Assembly: GCA_963781415.1 (NCBI GenBank)
Contig: CAWAFT010000002.1
Location: 948,129 to 1,012,128 of the forward strand
Source of the DNA: an uncultured Solirubrobacteraceae bacterium
GTDB lineage: Bacteria > Actinomycetota > Thermoleophilia > Solirubrobacterales > Solirubrobacteraceae
Direction: 5' to 3'
Length of the DNA: 64,000 bases
The notes under the pieces are model-generated. The model was not told the origin of the DNA. It did not search any database and saw only the letters and a list, made by a program, of their open reading frames with translations. The translations under genes and the position numbers were made by a program. Below, piece after piece: positions 27,001 to 34,204 of this stretch. Every line of letters starts with the position of its first letter. The stretch's first letter is position 1.

Positions 27001-27414
27001 CGCGTCACCGGTGCGCCGGCAGGCCTGGACGCGCAGCGTGCCACCCGTGAGCGTGTAGCCCATGGCCGACTCGGTGGAGCCGAGCTCGGCCGAGGCGGCG
27101 AGCATTGCGCCCTTCGTGTCGAAGACGGCGACGTCCCAGTCGCCCTGTGCTCCGCCGAGGGAGACCTCGAGGCGGGACGGACCCGCGGGGACCGCGACGG
27201 TCTGGCTCGCGACGCCGGCGGTTCCGGGGCGCCAGGAATCCTGACACGCGATGGCGGTATTGCCTTCAGCGCCCGGTAGCGGCGCGTCGAACGCGGTCGT
27301 CAGCGCAGGATCCGAAGCAGGATCGGCAGCGCCCGCGGGGGCTTGGCCGCCGCCCGTGACAATGGCAGCGAGCAGGGCGAGAAGAGCAAAGACGGGGAGA
27401 AGGGTGCGGCGCAT
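24013..27414 (-). CDS. Large secreted M14-family zinc carboxypeptidase with Pro/Thr linker and tandem basic Ig-like (FlgD-Ig-like) C-terminal modules
   Basis: Start is set at MRRTLLPVFALLALLAAIVTGGG (signal peptide). The M14 core is YRRLADYNAEMKALADANPGLVKL...GVHHAREWPAGE...IVPIVNPDGFE. A PTPTPTATGTATPTVTGTPSPTVSPTVTPTPTPTPTP linker follows. The C-terminal modules carry WDGRDKKGKRVGNGYYFARY and RKGNYKVQIKV. Confidence 0.85.
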   Translation of the reverse strand: MRRTLLPVFALLALLAAIVTGGGQAPAGAADPASDPALTTAFDAPLPGAEGNTAIACQDSWRPGTAGVASQTVAVPAGPSRLEVSLGGAQGDWDVAVFDTKGAMLAASAELGSTESAMGYTLTGGTLRVQACRRTGDAGSVPVKLAYAPITGDADAARASAPQLVSVRTPTRADKDLLGTLGLDMTEHAGGKSVGVVLNGADDRAALRKAGLRWDVLVKDLVAQDIRARRTETRTAARADTVLPSGHTGTYRRLADYNAEMKALADANPGLVKLFVMPNKTWMGKEVMGLEIAENVNKQDGRPAFFNMGVHHAREWPAGEMPMEWAYELIKGYKAGNARTVKVVKESRNIIVPIVNPDGFEASREAGQIAGAGGGRDESVEDTVYLITGAATGGEYRRKNCRLPNDSEAGNCATSAGLAEPGVDPNRNYGQFWGGPGADTNPATQTYRGPAPFSEPETRNVKAVVSTNQVMTLITNHTTAALVLRAPGLAIIGDPVDENRGYKALGDAMAKENGYFSQKSFELYDTTGTTEDWSYNNTGGFGFTFEIYCGDPNYTTGDCDDPAFHPTFATGVEKEWNGDNPVADHTNDPAGAYDGKGNREAYYIAAESAMNEARHAIIEGTAPAGATLHLKKSFKSETFPQPDPDGGEDAPIQFDDGLDSVLKVGDDGKYVWHVNPSTRPVVAKPTGKENAGPPSPEEVTTGGLAGSSETADDPDDGAAQPDPTNDPNPPSTNYNDHPFTIPATGDNASLAISITWQTPTTDWDTFLYEDTDGNGKSDPAKDKQVGTSASGPSNFEQLGLAGAAALTPGKKYVLRVVNFAATENYTVKKTYVAPKPFQPAKVEAWTLTCEIGGAVRSTQEVIIDRGQRKTVDLASSCKAPDPTPTPTATGTATPTVTGTPSPTVSPTVTPTPTPTPTPGPEACNTSRGFKSVGVRPRGKGAVLEFQRAEGVDARVRMDIFQPGKPHKVIGTRKIMRFDDRVENVVWDGRDKKGKRVGNGYYFARYLVKAKRGTDTRRVAMQRKKGKFRELPDFDRRDNCGLLRQFRLSGPVFGGKTNKSLHINYRLAETADVRVKVRRGKKVVSTYNRSGKPGGRRLKLKLPSRKLRKGNYKVQIKVSTDERTSGATLRSKRI
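24661..24775. repeat. Low-complexity GGC/GTC-rich DNA encoding the Pro/Thr linker
   Basis: Runs of GGCGTC/GGTCGG units lie inside the M14 gene. This is coding low complexity, not an interspersed repeat. Confidence 0.6.
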
Positions 27415-27497
27415 TGGAGCTGTAACGCACGAGGGACCCAAAACATGCGGTACCCGGAGGTGTCGCGTCAGGTGACCGGTAGGACTACATTGCGCCG

Positions 27498-29627
27498 ATG
27501 CCACGCCGCTCGACCCTCGCCGCCGCCGTCATCGCAAGTCTCCTGGTCTTCGCCGGCAGCGCGGTCGCCCACGTCGAGCGACCGTCGTACTTCCCGGATC
27601 CGGCGCCCGACACCTCGGTCACGCCGCCCGCTGGCGGCAAGGTCCCGAAGATCCGCTCGCTGGGCTCTGCACTGCGGAAGTCCGCGCCCGGGCGCACGCG
27701 CGTGGTCTGCCGGCCCGACTCGATGAAGCGGCTGCGCAAGTCGATCGCCAAGGCGCGCAAACGCGGCTACCTCATCCGGCCGTCCGACCGCCGCAAGCTG
27801 CGCGCCAAGCAGGCCAAGCGGCTCATGAAGACCAACCGCAAGCTGCGCAAGCTGTGCCGCTACCGCGAGATCCAGCCGGCGGTGACGGCGTCATCGAACA
27901 ACGACCGCGTCGTGATCCTGCCCGGCCTCTACACCGAGCCCACGTCACGGGCCCAGCCGACACAGGATCCCGCCTGCGCCCAGTACAAGACAAACGGCGA
28001 CCGCCCGGGGGACAAGGGCACCGCCCTCTCGTACGAGTACCAGGTGCGCTGCCCGAACGACCAGAACCTGATCGCCGTGATGGGACGGGCCGTCGGCGGC
28101 GGTGAGGATCCCGTTCCGCCGCTCGAGAGCCGCTTCGGCATTCCCAACCTCGGCTCCTGCATCCGCTGCAACCTGCAGATGGAGGGATCGGGCGTCAGCC
28201 CCGACGACGTGATCATCGAGGCCGGCGACGCCACGGCGGGCAACAAGGGCCCCAACGGCGTCGGCCACAAGAAGGACGTCGGCATCCGCGCGGACCGTGC
28301 CGACGGCTTCGTGCTGCGCAACATCACCACGCGCCACGCGGGTGAGCACGGCCTGTACATGATCGAGACGGACGGCTACGTCCTCGACCGCTACAAGGCC
28401 TACTACTCGAAGCTCTACGGGACGCTGACCTTCACCTCCGACCACGGGGTCCAGTCCAACTGCGAGGCGGCCGGCCACGGCGACTCGGGCATCTACCCCG
28501 GCGGCGCGCCCGACACCGGCTTCCAGCGCCAGGCCGGGACGCGCGCGCGTCTGAACCAGCTCATCAAGAAGTGCGACCTGCACCACAACATGGCCGGGTA
28601 CTCGGGGACGAACGGCAACGCCGTCCACGTCAAGAACAACAACGTCTACGACAACGCGCTCGGCATCCAGACCGACGTGGTGACCGCTGCGGGCCATCCC
28701 GGCTTCCCCGGCGACTCCGCGGTGTTCGAGGACAACCGCATCTACTCGAACAACTTCAACACCTACGCCGAGGACTCCGACGTCGAGCCGGCCTTCCCCT
28801 TCCCGGTCGGGACGGGTATGTGGATCGCGGGGGGCAACCACCACACGGTCCGCGACAACTACTTCTACGACAACTGGCGTCGCGGCACGATGCTCTTCTC
28901 GGTCCCGGACGCCCTGATCTGCGGCGAGGCGGCCGGCGGCAACGAGCAGGCCGGCTGCGACTCGACCCGCATCTCGACCTCGCACTACAACGCCTACTAC
29001 GACAACCAGATGGGCATCTCGCCCACCGGCGAGACCCTGCCGAACGGGGTCGACTTCTGGTGGGACAACTTCGCCGGCTCGCGCGGCAACTGCTGGTACC
29101 GCAACAGCGGTCCGAAGCCGATCACGACCTCGCCGGGCTCACTGCCCGATTGCGGTGGCGGTGCCGACCCGGCGCTGAGCCTCGGCACCGGCGACGCCGA
29201 GAACGAGGCCGAGCTCGTGCGCTGCGTCGCGGCGTTCGAGTCGCGCGACTTCTCGCCCGGCGGCCCGTGCCCGTGGCTCACCCCGCCGACGAAGCCCGGG
29301 ACGTCGCGCGGCGCGGCCTTCGACCCGGCATTCGAGCCTGTCGGCGCGCCGCCGCAGGCGCCCTCGGAGCTCGATCCGGTGCCGTTGACGCAGGCGTCTT
29401 GTGCGGACTGGCTCGTCGCCGGCACCGACGGACGGGTCACGCTCGTTCGGCGCCTCACCGCCTTCGCGGGCGGGGTGGTCAACACCGGCACGCGGGACAT
29501 CGGCACCGGCGCGACCCTTCCCTACGAGAAGGCGAGCGCGCTCTACGACGGATGGTGCTCGCATCGCTACGCGCGCGGCTTCCTGCTCTACAAGCTGTAC
29601 ACGCACGCGGCGGCGTTCTCGCAGTAA
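27498..29627 (+). CDS. Secreted right-handed parallel beta-helix repeat protein, paralogue 1 (with an extra C-terminal about 80-aa domain)
   Basis: It has a signal peptide (AAVIASLLVFAGSAVA). The conserved N-terminus is HVERPSYFPDPAPDTSVTPPAGGKVP. Beta-helix repeats of the NNNVYDNALGI / DNRIYSNNFN / VRDNYFYDNW type are present. It aligns along its length with 34197..36224. Confidence 0.8.
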   Translation: MPRRSTLAAAVIASLLVFAGSAVAHVERPSYFPDPAPDTSVTPPAGGKVPKIRSLGSALRKSAPGRTRVVCRPDSMKRLRKSIAKARKRGYLIRPSDRRKLRAKQAKRLMKTNRKLRKLCRYREIQPAVTASSNNDRVVILPGLYTEPTSRAQPTQDPACAQYKTNGDRPGDKGTALSYEYQVRCPNDQNLIAVMGRAVGGGEDPVPPLESRFGIPNLGSCIRCNLQMEGSGVSPDDVIIEAGDATAGNKGPNGVGHKKDVGIRADRADGFVLRNITTRHAGEHGLYMIETDGYVLDRYKAYYSKLYGTLTFTSDHGVQSNCEAAGHGDSGIYPGGAPDTGFQRQAGTRARLNQLIKKCDLHHNMAGYSGTNGNAVHVKNNNVYDNALGIQTDVVTAAGHPGFPGDSAVFEDNRIYSNNFNTYAEDSDVEPAFPFPVGTGMWIAGGNHHTVRDNYFYDNWRRGTMLFSVPDALICGEAAGGNEQAGCDSTRISTSHYNAYYDNQMGISPTGETLPNGVDFWWDNFAGSRGNCWYRNSGPKPITTSPGSLPDCGGGADPALSLGTGDAENEAELVRCVAAFESRDFSPGGPCPWLTPPTKPGTSRGAAFDPAFEPVGAPPQAPSELDPVPLTQASCADWLVAGTDGRVTLVRRLTAFAGGVVNTGTRDIGTGATLPYEKASALYDGWCSHRYARGFLLYKLYTHAAAFSQ

Positions 29628-29651
29628 CGCCGCTGCTGTGCGCGTCAGCGC

Positions 29652-31250
29652 CTACTGCTCAGCGGCTGACTTCGCGAGCTCGCGCTTGAGGACCTTGCCC
29701 GTGGGGTTGCGCGGCAGCTCGTCGACAAAGGTGATGTCGCGCGGGACCTTGTAGCGGGCGAGGTGCTCACGGACGTGCGCCTTGACGCCCTCCTCGTCGA
29801 CGGACGATCCGGGCGTGCGCACGACGAACGCGGCCAGCCGCTGGCCGAAGTCCTCGTCGGGCACGCCGATGACGGCCGCCTCGTCGATCCCGTCGTGCTC
29901 GGAGAGCAGCTCCTCGACCTCCCGCGGGAAGACGTTCTCGGCGCCCGAGACGATCATCTCGTCGTCGCGGCCGTCGACGTGGAGGAAGCCGTGGTCGTCG
30001 AAGTGGCCGACGTCGCCCGTCGACATCAGCCCGTCGATGACCTCCTTCGTGCCTCCGCCGGTGTAGCCCTCGAAGGCAAAGCCGTTGTTGACGAAGATGC
30101 GGCCCGTCGTGCCCGTGGGGAGCTCGCGGCCCTGCTCGTCGAGGATGCGCACCTGCGCCCCGGGGGGCGGCGAGCCGACGCTCCCGGGCTCGATGGCCAG
30201 CTCGGCCGGCGTGGCGATCGTCGCGTAGGCGACCTCGGTCGAGCCGTAGAGGTTGTAGACGACCGGTCCGAACACGCTCGTCATGTCGCGGCACAGCTCG
30301 GCGCCGAGCTGGGAGCCGCCCATGAACAGGATCCGCAACCGCGGGAAGGTGCGCTGCTCGATGTCCTCGAGCGCCAGCACCCGGCGCATCATCACCGGCA
30401 CCGCGACAGCGGCGTCGGCGACCGCGAGATCGTCGGCGAAGGTCTCGGCGCCGAAGCGCCGCCGCAGGCGCATCGTGGCTCCGAGGGCGATCGAGAAGGC
30501 CATGCCCGCGAAGCCGAGCGCATGGAAGAGCGGCGCGCCGATCACGTGCGTCTCCCGGGCGCGGAAGGGCACCTTTCCGAACAGTGCGCCGAGCTGGATC
30601 AGGGACTTCGGTTCGGAGCGAGAGGCGCCCTTCGGCGTGCCCGTCGTCCCGCTGGTGAGGATGATCACGCGCGAGTGCTCGGCCGGCCTGGGAGGCGCGG
30701 ACGTGTCACCCGCGGTCGCGATGCGCGCGAGCTCGGCCTCGGCGATGACGGGCGTGGCGCTCTGCTCGAGCAGCGGCACGTACTCGTCGTCGCAGATGAG
30801 CACCTTGGTGCCCTCGCGCTCGGCCACCTCGCGAATCTGCGGACCGGCGAAATCCGTGTTGAGCAGGATCACCCGGCCGCCGAGCTTGGCGACACCGAAG
30901 CACGCGTCGATGAAGCCGCGGTGGTTGCGGGCGAGGATGGCGACGCCGTCGCCCGCCCGCACCCCGCGCTCGCGCAGGTCGTTGGCCACCGCGTTCGAGC
31001 GCGCGTCGAGCTCGCGGTAGGTGAGCGCGCCCTCGTCGTCGACAAGCCCGTCGCGATCACCGTGACGCACGGCCGCCGCCGTGAGCAGACCGCCGAGCGC
31101 GCCGTACCGGACCACGGCGCGCACGACGCCGAAGGTGCGGTGCGGGAGGTCGGGCGCGATCAGTCCGGACCGGACGAGCACCCCGAAGGAACGCGCCTCG
31201 AGGCCGGCACGACGGGCGATGATGACGGGATCGGGCATGCGCGGCGGCAC
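29652..31250 (-). CDS. AMP-dependent acyl-CoA synthetase/ligase
   Basis: The motifs are LTSGTTGTPKGA, YGSTE, TGD and the C-terminal PRNPTGKVLKREL. Start could also be Met at 31238. Confidence 0.9.
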   Translation of the reverse strand: MPPRMPDPVIIARRAGLEARSFGVLVRSGLIAPDLPHRTFGVVRAVVRYGALGGLLTAAAVRHGDRDGLVDDEGALTYRELDARSNAVANDLRERGVRAGDGVAILARNHRGFIDACFGVAKLGGRVILLNTDFAGPQIREVAEREGTKVLICDDEYVPLLEQSATPVIAEAELARIATAGDTSAPPRPAEHSRVIILTSGTTGTPKGASRSEPKSLIQLGALFGKVPFRARETHVIGAPLFHALGFAGMAFSIALGATMRLRRRFGAETFADDLAVADAAVAVPVMMRRVLALEDIEQRTFPRLRILFMGGSQLGAELCRDMTSVFGPVVYNLYGSTEVAYATIATPAELAIEPGSVGSPPPGAQVRILDEQGRELPTGTTGRIFVNNGFAFEGYTGGGTKEVIDGLMSTGDVGHFDDHGFLHVDGRDDEMIVSGAENVFPREVEELLSEHDGIDEAAVIGVPDEDFGQRLAAFVVRTPGSSVDEEGVKAHVREHLARYKVPRDITFVDELPRNPTGKVLKRELAKSAAEQ

Positions 31251-31273
31251 TCTACCTCCGATCAGACGCCCCC

Positions 31274-32371
31274 TCAGCGGCCGCCGGGGTATGGACCCAG
31301 CGCGGTTCGCATCTCCTGTGTGTCCAGCCCCGACCCGCGCAGCAGGTCGCCGGCCGTGGCCCGGATCTGCCCGACGATCAAGTTGGCGGCAAGGTCCTGG
31401 CGGCGGTCGAGCACCGCCGTCGCGTCGAGCGCGGCGTGGCGGGCCAGTCGTCGCGCGTCAGAATCGTGCGCGGTCGGATCGCGCAGGTCGGCACCCAGGG
31501 CGCGCACCGCCTCGGCAAGCTTGCGGACGGCGTCCACGAGCTCCGGTTCGCTGGGTACCCCGCGGACCACCGCGGTCTCCGTCGCCCGCGCGAGGACGCG
31601 GGTGTTTCGGATCGCGTAGTCGACGGCCTGCACAGCGTCCTCGTATCGGGCGAGGTGCGGCAGGTTGCGCCGTCGCGGCGGCGTGAGCCGGACCGACTCG
31701 CGCGCCGCCAGCGTCGCGTCCTCGTAGTTCTCGACCTCGGCCGACCGCGCGAGCTCAAGGGCGGCGTGCGCGTGGTCCGCATCGCCGTCGCGGAGACTGT
31801 CGGCAACCGCCTCGAGCGCCTTCGCGATGACCTCGAGCACGCGCTCGGCCTCGCGTCCGACCACCTTGAGCGGGTCGCGAGCGAAGAGGATCGGGCCGAT
31901 GATCACAGCGACGGCGGATCCGATCAGGGCGGAGAAGAAGCGCGTGAATGGCGACTGTCCACCGGGCGCGGTGAGCGTTGCGAGCAGGACCGCGGATACC
32001 GCCGCCTGGTTGACCAGAAGCTGCCCCGCACCGAAGAGCAGCGCCGCCGACATCGCCAGCGCGACCGCCACGGAGATGACCAGCGCACCGCCGCCCAGCA
32101 GCAGCACCAGCGCGTCGGCGACGAGGATGCCGACCGCCACGCCGAGCGCCAGTTCGACCGCGCGGCGAAGGTGCTGGCCGACCGTGACCCCGAGGGTGAT
32201 GATGGCGGCGATCGGCGCGAAGAACGGCTCGGGCTGAACCAGCAGAGCGAGCTGCCAAGCCAACCCGGCCGCGACCGCGGTCTGGGCGACCGGCAGCAGC
32301 CGGCTGCGCACCCGGTCCACCCCGCGGCGCGGGCCGCCGCGGGTGTCCGCGATCCGGGTGCGCAGGGTCAC
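31274..32371 (-). CDS. FUSC/aromatic-acid-exporter family membrane protein
   Basis: The N-terminal half has about 5 TM segments (AAGLAWQLALLV, PIAAIITLGV, ...). The C-terminal half is a cytoplasmic helical domain. This architecture is typical of the family. Confidence 0.65.
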   Translation of the reverse strand: MTLRTRIADTRGGPRRGVDRVRSRLLPVAQTAVAAGLAWQLALLVQPEPFFAPIAAIITLGVTVGQHLRRAVELALGVAVGILVADALVLLLGGGALVISVAVALAMSAALLFGAGQLLVNQAAVSAVLLATLTAPGGQSPFTRFFSALIGSAVAVIIGPILFARDPLKVVGREAERVLEVIAKALEAVADSLRDGDADHAHAALELARSAEVENYEDATLAARESVRLTPPRRRNLPHLARYEDAVQAVDYAIRNTRVLARATETAVVRGVPSEPELVDAVRKLAEAVRALGADLRDPTAHDSDARRLARHAALDATAVLDRRQDLAANLIVGQIRATAGDLLRGSGLDTQEMRTALGPYPGGR

Positions 32372-32375
32372 ACGG

Positions 32376-32792
32376 CTACTTGACCTTGAACTTGATGATC
32401 GGACCCTCCTGGAGACAGTCGTTGCCGTCCTCGCCGCAGGCGATGCGGTGGGCCTGCCAGTAATAGGTGCCCGGGGAGTTGAGCCAGAACTCGGGGTAGT
32501 CGTAGTAGGGCGCCTTGAGCTTGAACGTCCCCTTCCTCACCTTGGCCTGGCGAATCATCTCCTTGTTGTCGATGACACCGTCCTTGTTCGTCTTCTTCGA
32601 CTTGGAGACGTGCACCCAGACCGTGCCGGCCCCGCGGACCTTGCCCTTGAAGACGGGACGCGTGCCCTCGGCGACCTTCGCGCCCTTCTTGGGCGCCTTG
32701 GGGGTGATGCCGTGTTTGGAGGCCGCGATGGCCGGGACCGAGACGGCAAGAACCGCCGCAAGGGCGAGAAGGATGGTGCGCAACTTGGACAT
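32376..32792 (-). CDS. Small secreted lysine-rich protein of unknown function
   Basis: MSKLRTILLALAAVLAVSVPAIAA is a signal peptide. The product is 138 aa and corresponds to the C-terminal part of the listed 32376..33737 ORF. The remainder of that ORF is antisense to the dehydrogenase gene. Confidence 0.6.
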   Translation of the reverse strand: MSKLRTILLALAAVLAVSVPAIAASKHGITPKAPKKGAKVAEGTRPVFKGKVRGAGTVWVHVSKSKKTNKDGVIDNKEMIRQAKVRKGTFKLKAPYYDYPEFWLNSPGTYYWQAHRIACGEDGNDCLQEGPIIKFKVK

Positions 32793-32813
32793 GGCGGCCA
32801 CCATAATCGCCTG

Positions 32814-33725
32814 ATGCGGGTCTTCGTGACACGGCGCCTGACCGGCGACGCTCTGGTCTCGCTCGCGGCCGACCACGACGTCGATGTCTGGCCCGGAGCG
32901 CTGCCGCCCGATCCGGCGCAGTTGCGCGAGCGCGCCGCGACCGCGGACGGGCTGCTGTGCCTGCTCACCGACCGCATCGATGCGGCGCTGCTCGACGCCT
33001 GCCCGCGGCTGCGCGTCGTGGCCAACTACGCGGTCGGGACCGACAACGTCGACCTCGACGCGTGCGCGGCGCGCGGCATCGCGGTCGGCCGGACGCCCGA
33101 CGTGCTCACTGACGCGACCGCCGACCTCACCTGGGCGCTGATCCTCGCCGTGGCGCGGCGGATCCCCGAGGCGGCGACCGCCGCGCGTGACGGGGGCTGG
33201 CGGACGTGGGAGCCGTCGCGCTGGCTCGGGATGGGGCTGGCCGGACGCCGCCTGCTCGTGGTCGGTCCGGGCCGCATCGGCCGGGCCGTCGCCCGCCGCG
33301 GCGAGGCGTTCGGCATGTCCGTTGCGTTCGCCGGGCGAGACGACGATCTCCACGCGGGCTTGCGGGAGGCCGCCGTCGTCTCCCTGCACGCTCCGCTCAC
33401 GAACACGACCCGCGGCCTCATGGACGCCGCTGCGTTCGCAGCGTTGCCTGCGGGTGCCGTCCTCATCAACACCGCCCGCGGGCCGCTCATCGATCAGGAC
33501 GCCCTGATCGACGCTCTCCGGTCCGGACGCCTTGCGGGCGCGGGGCTCGACGTCACCGACCCCGAGCCGCTGCCCACCGATCACCGCCTGCACGACGCAC
33601 CGAACCTGCTCGTCCTGCCCCACGTCGGCTCGGCGACGGTCGAGGCGCGGTCGAACATGACGCGCCTGTGCGTCGAGAACCTGCGCGCCGGGCTGGCGAG
33701 CGAGCCGTTGCCGCACCCGGCGTAG
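32814..33725 (+). CDS. D-isomer-specific 2-hydroxyacid dehydrogenase (glyoxylate/hydroxypyruvate reductase-like)
   Basis: The sequence starts MRVFVTRRL. It has the NAD fold (VVGPGRIGRAVARR) and catalytic region motifs (INTARGPLID, GAGLDV, LPHVGSAT). Confidence 0.9.
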   Translation: MRVFVTRRLTGDALVSLAADHDVDVWPGALPPDPAQLRERAATADGLLCLLTDRIDAALLDACPRLRVVANYAVGTDNVDLDACAARGIAVGRTPDVLTDATADLTWALILAVARRIPEAATAARDGGWRTWEPSRWLGMGLAGRRLLVVGPGRIGRAVARRGEAFGMSVAFAGRDDDLHAGLREAAVVSLHAPLTNTTRGLMDAAAFAALPAGAVLINTARGPLIDQDALIDALRSGRLAGAGLDVTDPEPLPTDHRLHDAPNLLVLPHVGSATVEARSNMTRLCVENLRAGLASEPLPHPA

Positions 33726-33814
33726 CCCACGCGGCACCGCGCCCGACGCACCGAACCCATCAGAACTTCCCGTAGCGGTAAGTCTGGGTGGGTTCGGCCC
33801 GTGTGACTGGGGGG

Positions 33815-34204
33815 CTACCGACCGAGCGGCGCGAAGCCCTGCGCGCGCACGTAGAGCTTGTAGAGGCGCAGGCTTTTCGAGAAGTCCGGTTTGCAGGCGG
33901 AGTCCAGGATCTCCAGCGCGCGGTCATCGGGTAGCGAGGACTTCGCCGTCTCGGAGGTCTGCGGTGTCAGCTGTCCGCGCAGCGCGATCACGGTCGCCTG
34001 CTTCTCGGCCACCGAGCCCTTGCGCCAGTCGCCGCAATCCGCGTACTGCACGACGGACCCCTGGTTTTCCGCACCGACCGGCTTGGCGGTCGGCGTCCCC
34101 TGCGCTTGCGGCGTCCCCGCGTCCTTGTCGCCGTCACTGCCACCGCCACAGCCGGCAAGGGCTGTGGCGGCGAGCAGGGCGACCACGGACGCGCGGTCAG
34201 CCAC
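33815..34204 (-). CDS. Lipoprotein homologous to the C-terminal domain of beta-helix paralogue 1
   Basis: GTG 34204 overlaps the upstream gene end by 8 nt. The lipobox is LLAATALAGC. The segment CGDW...LPDDRALEILDSACKPDFSKSLRLYKLY aligns without gaps with CADW...LPYEKASALYDGWCSHRYARGFLLYKLY at 29382..29624. Confidence 0.7.
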   Translation of the reverse strand: MADRASVVALLAATALAGCGGGSDGDKDAGTPQAQGTPTAKPVGAENQGSVVQYADCGDWRKGSVAEKQATVIALRGQLTPQTSETAKSSLPDDRALEILDSACKPDFSKSLRLYKLYVRAQGFAPLGR

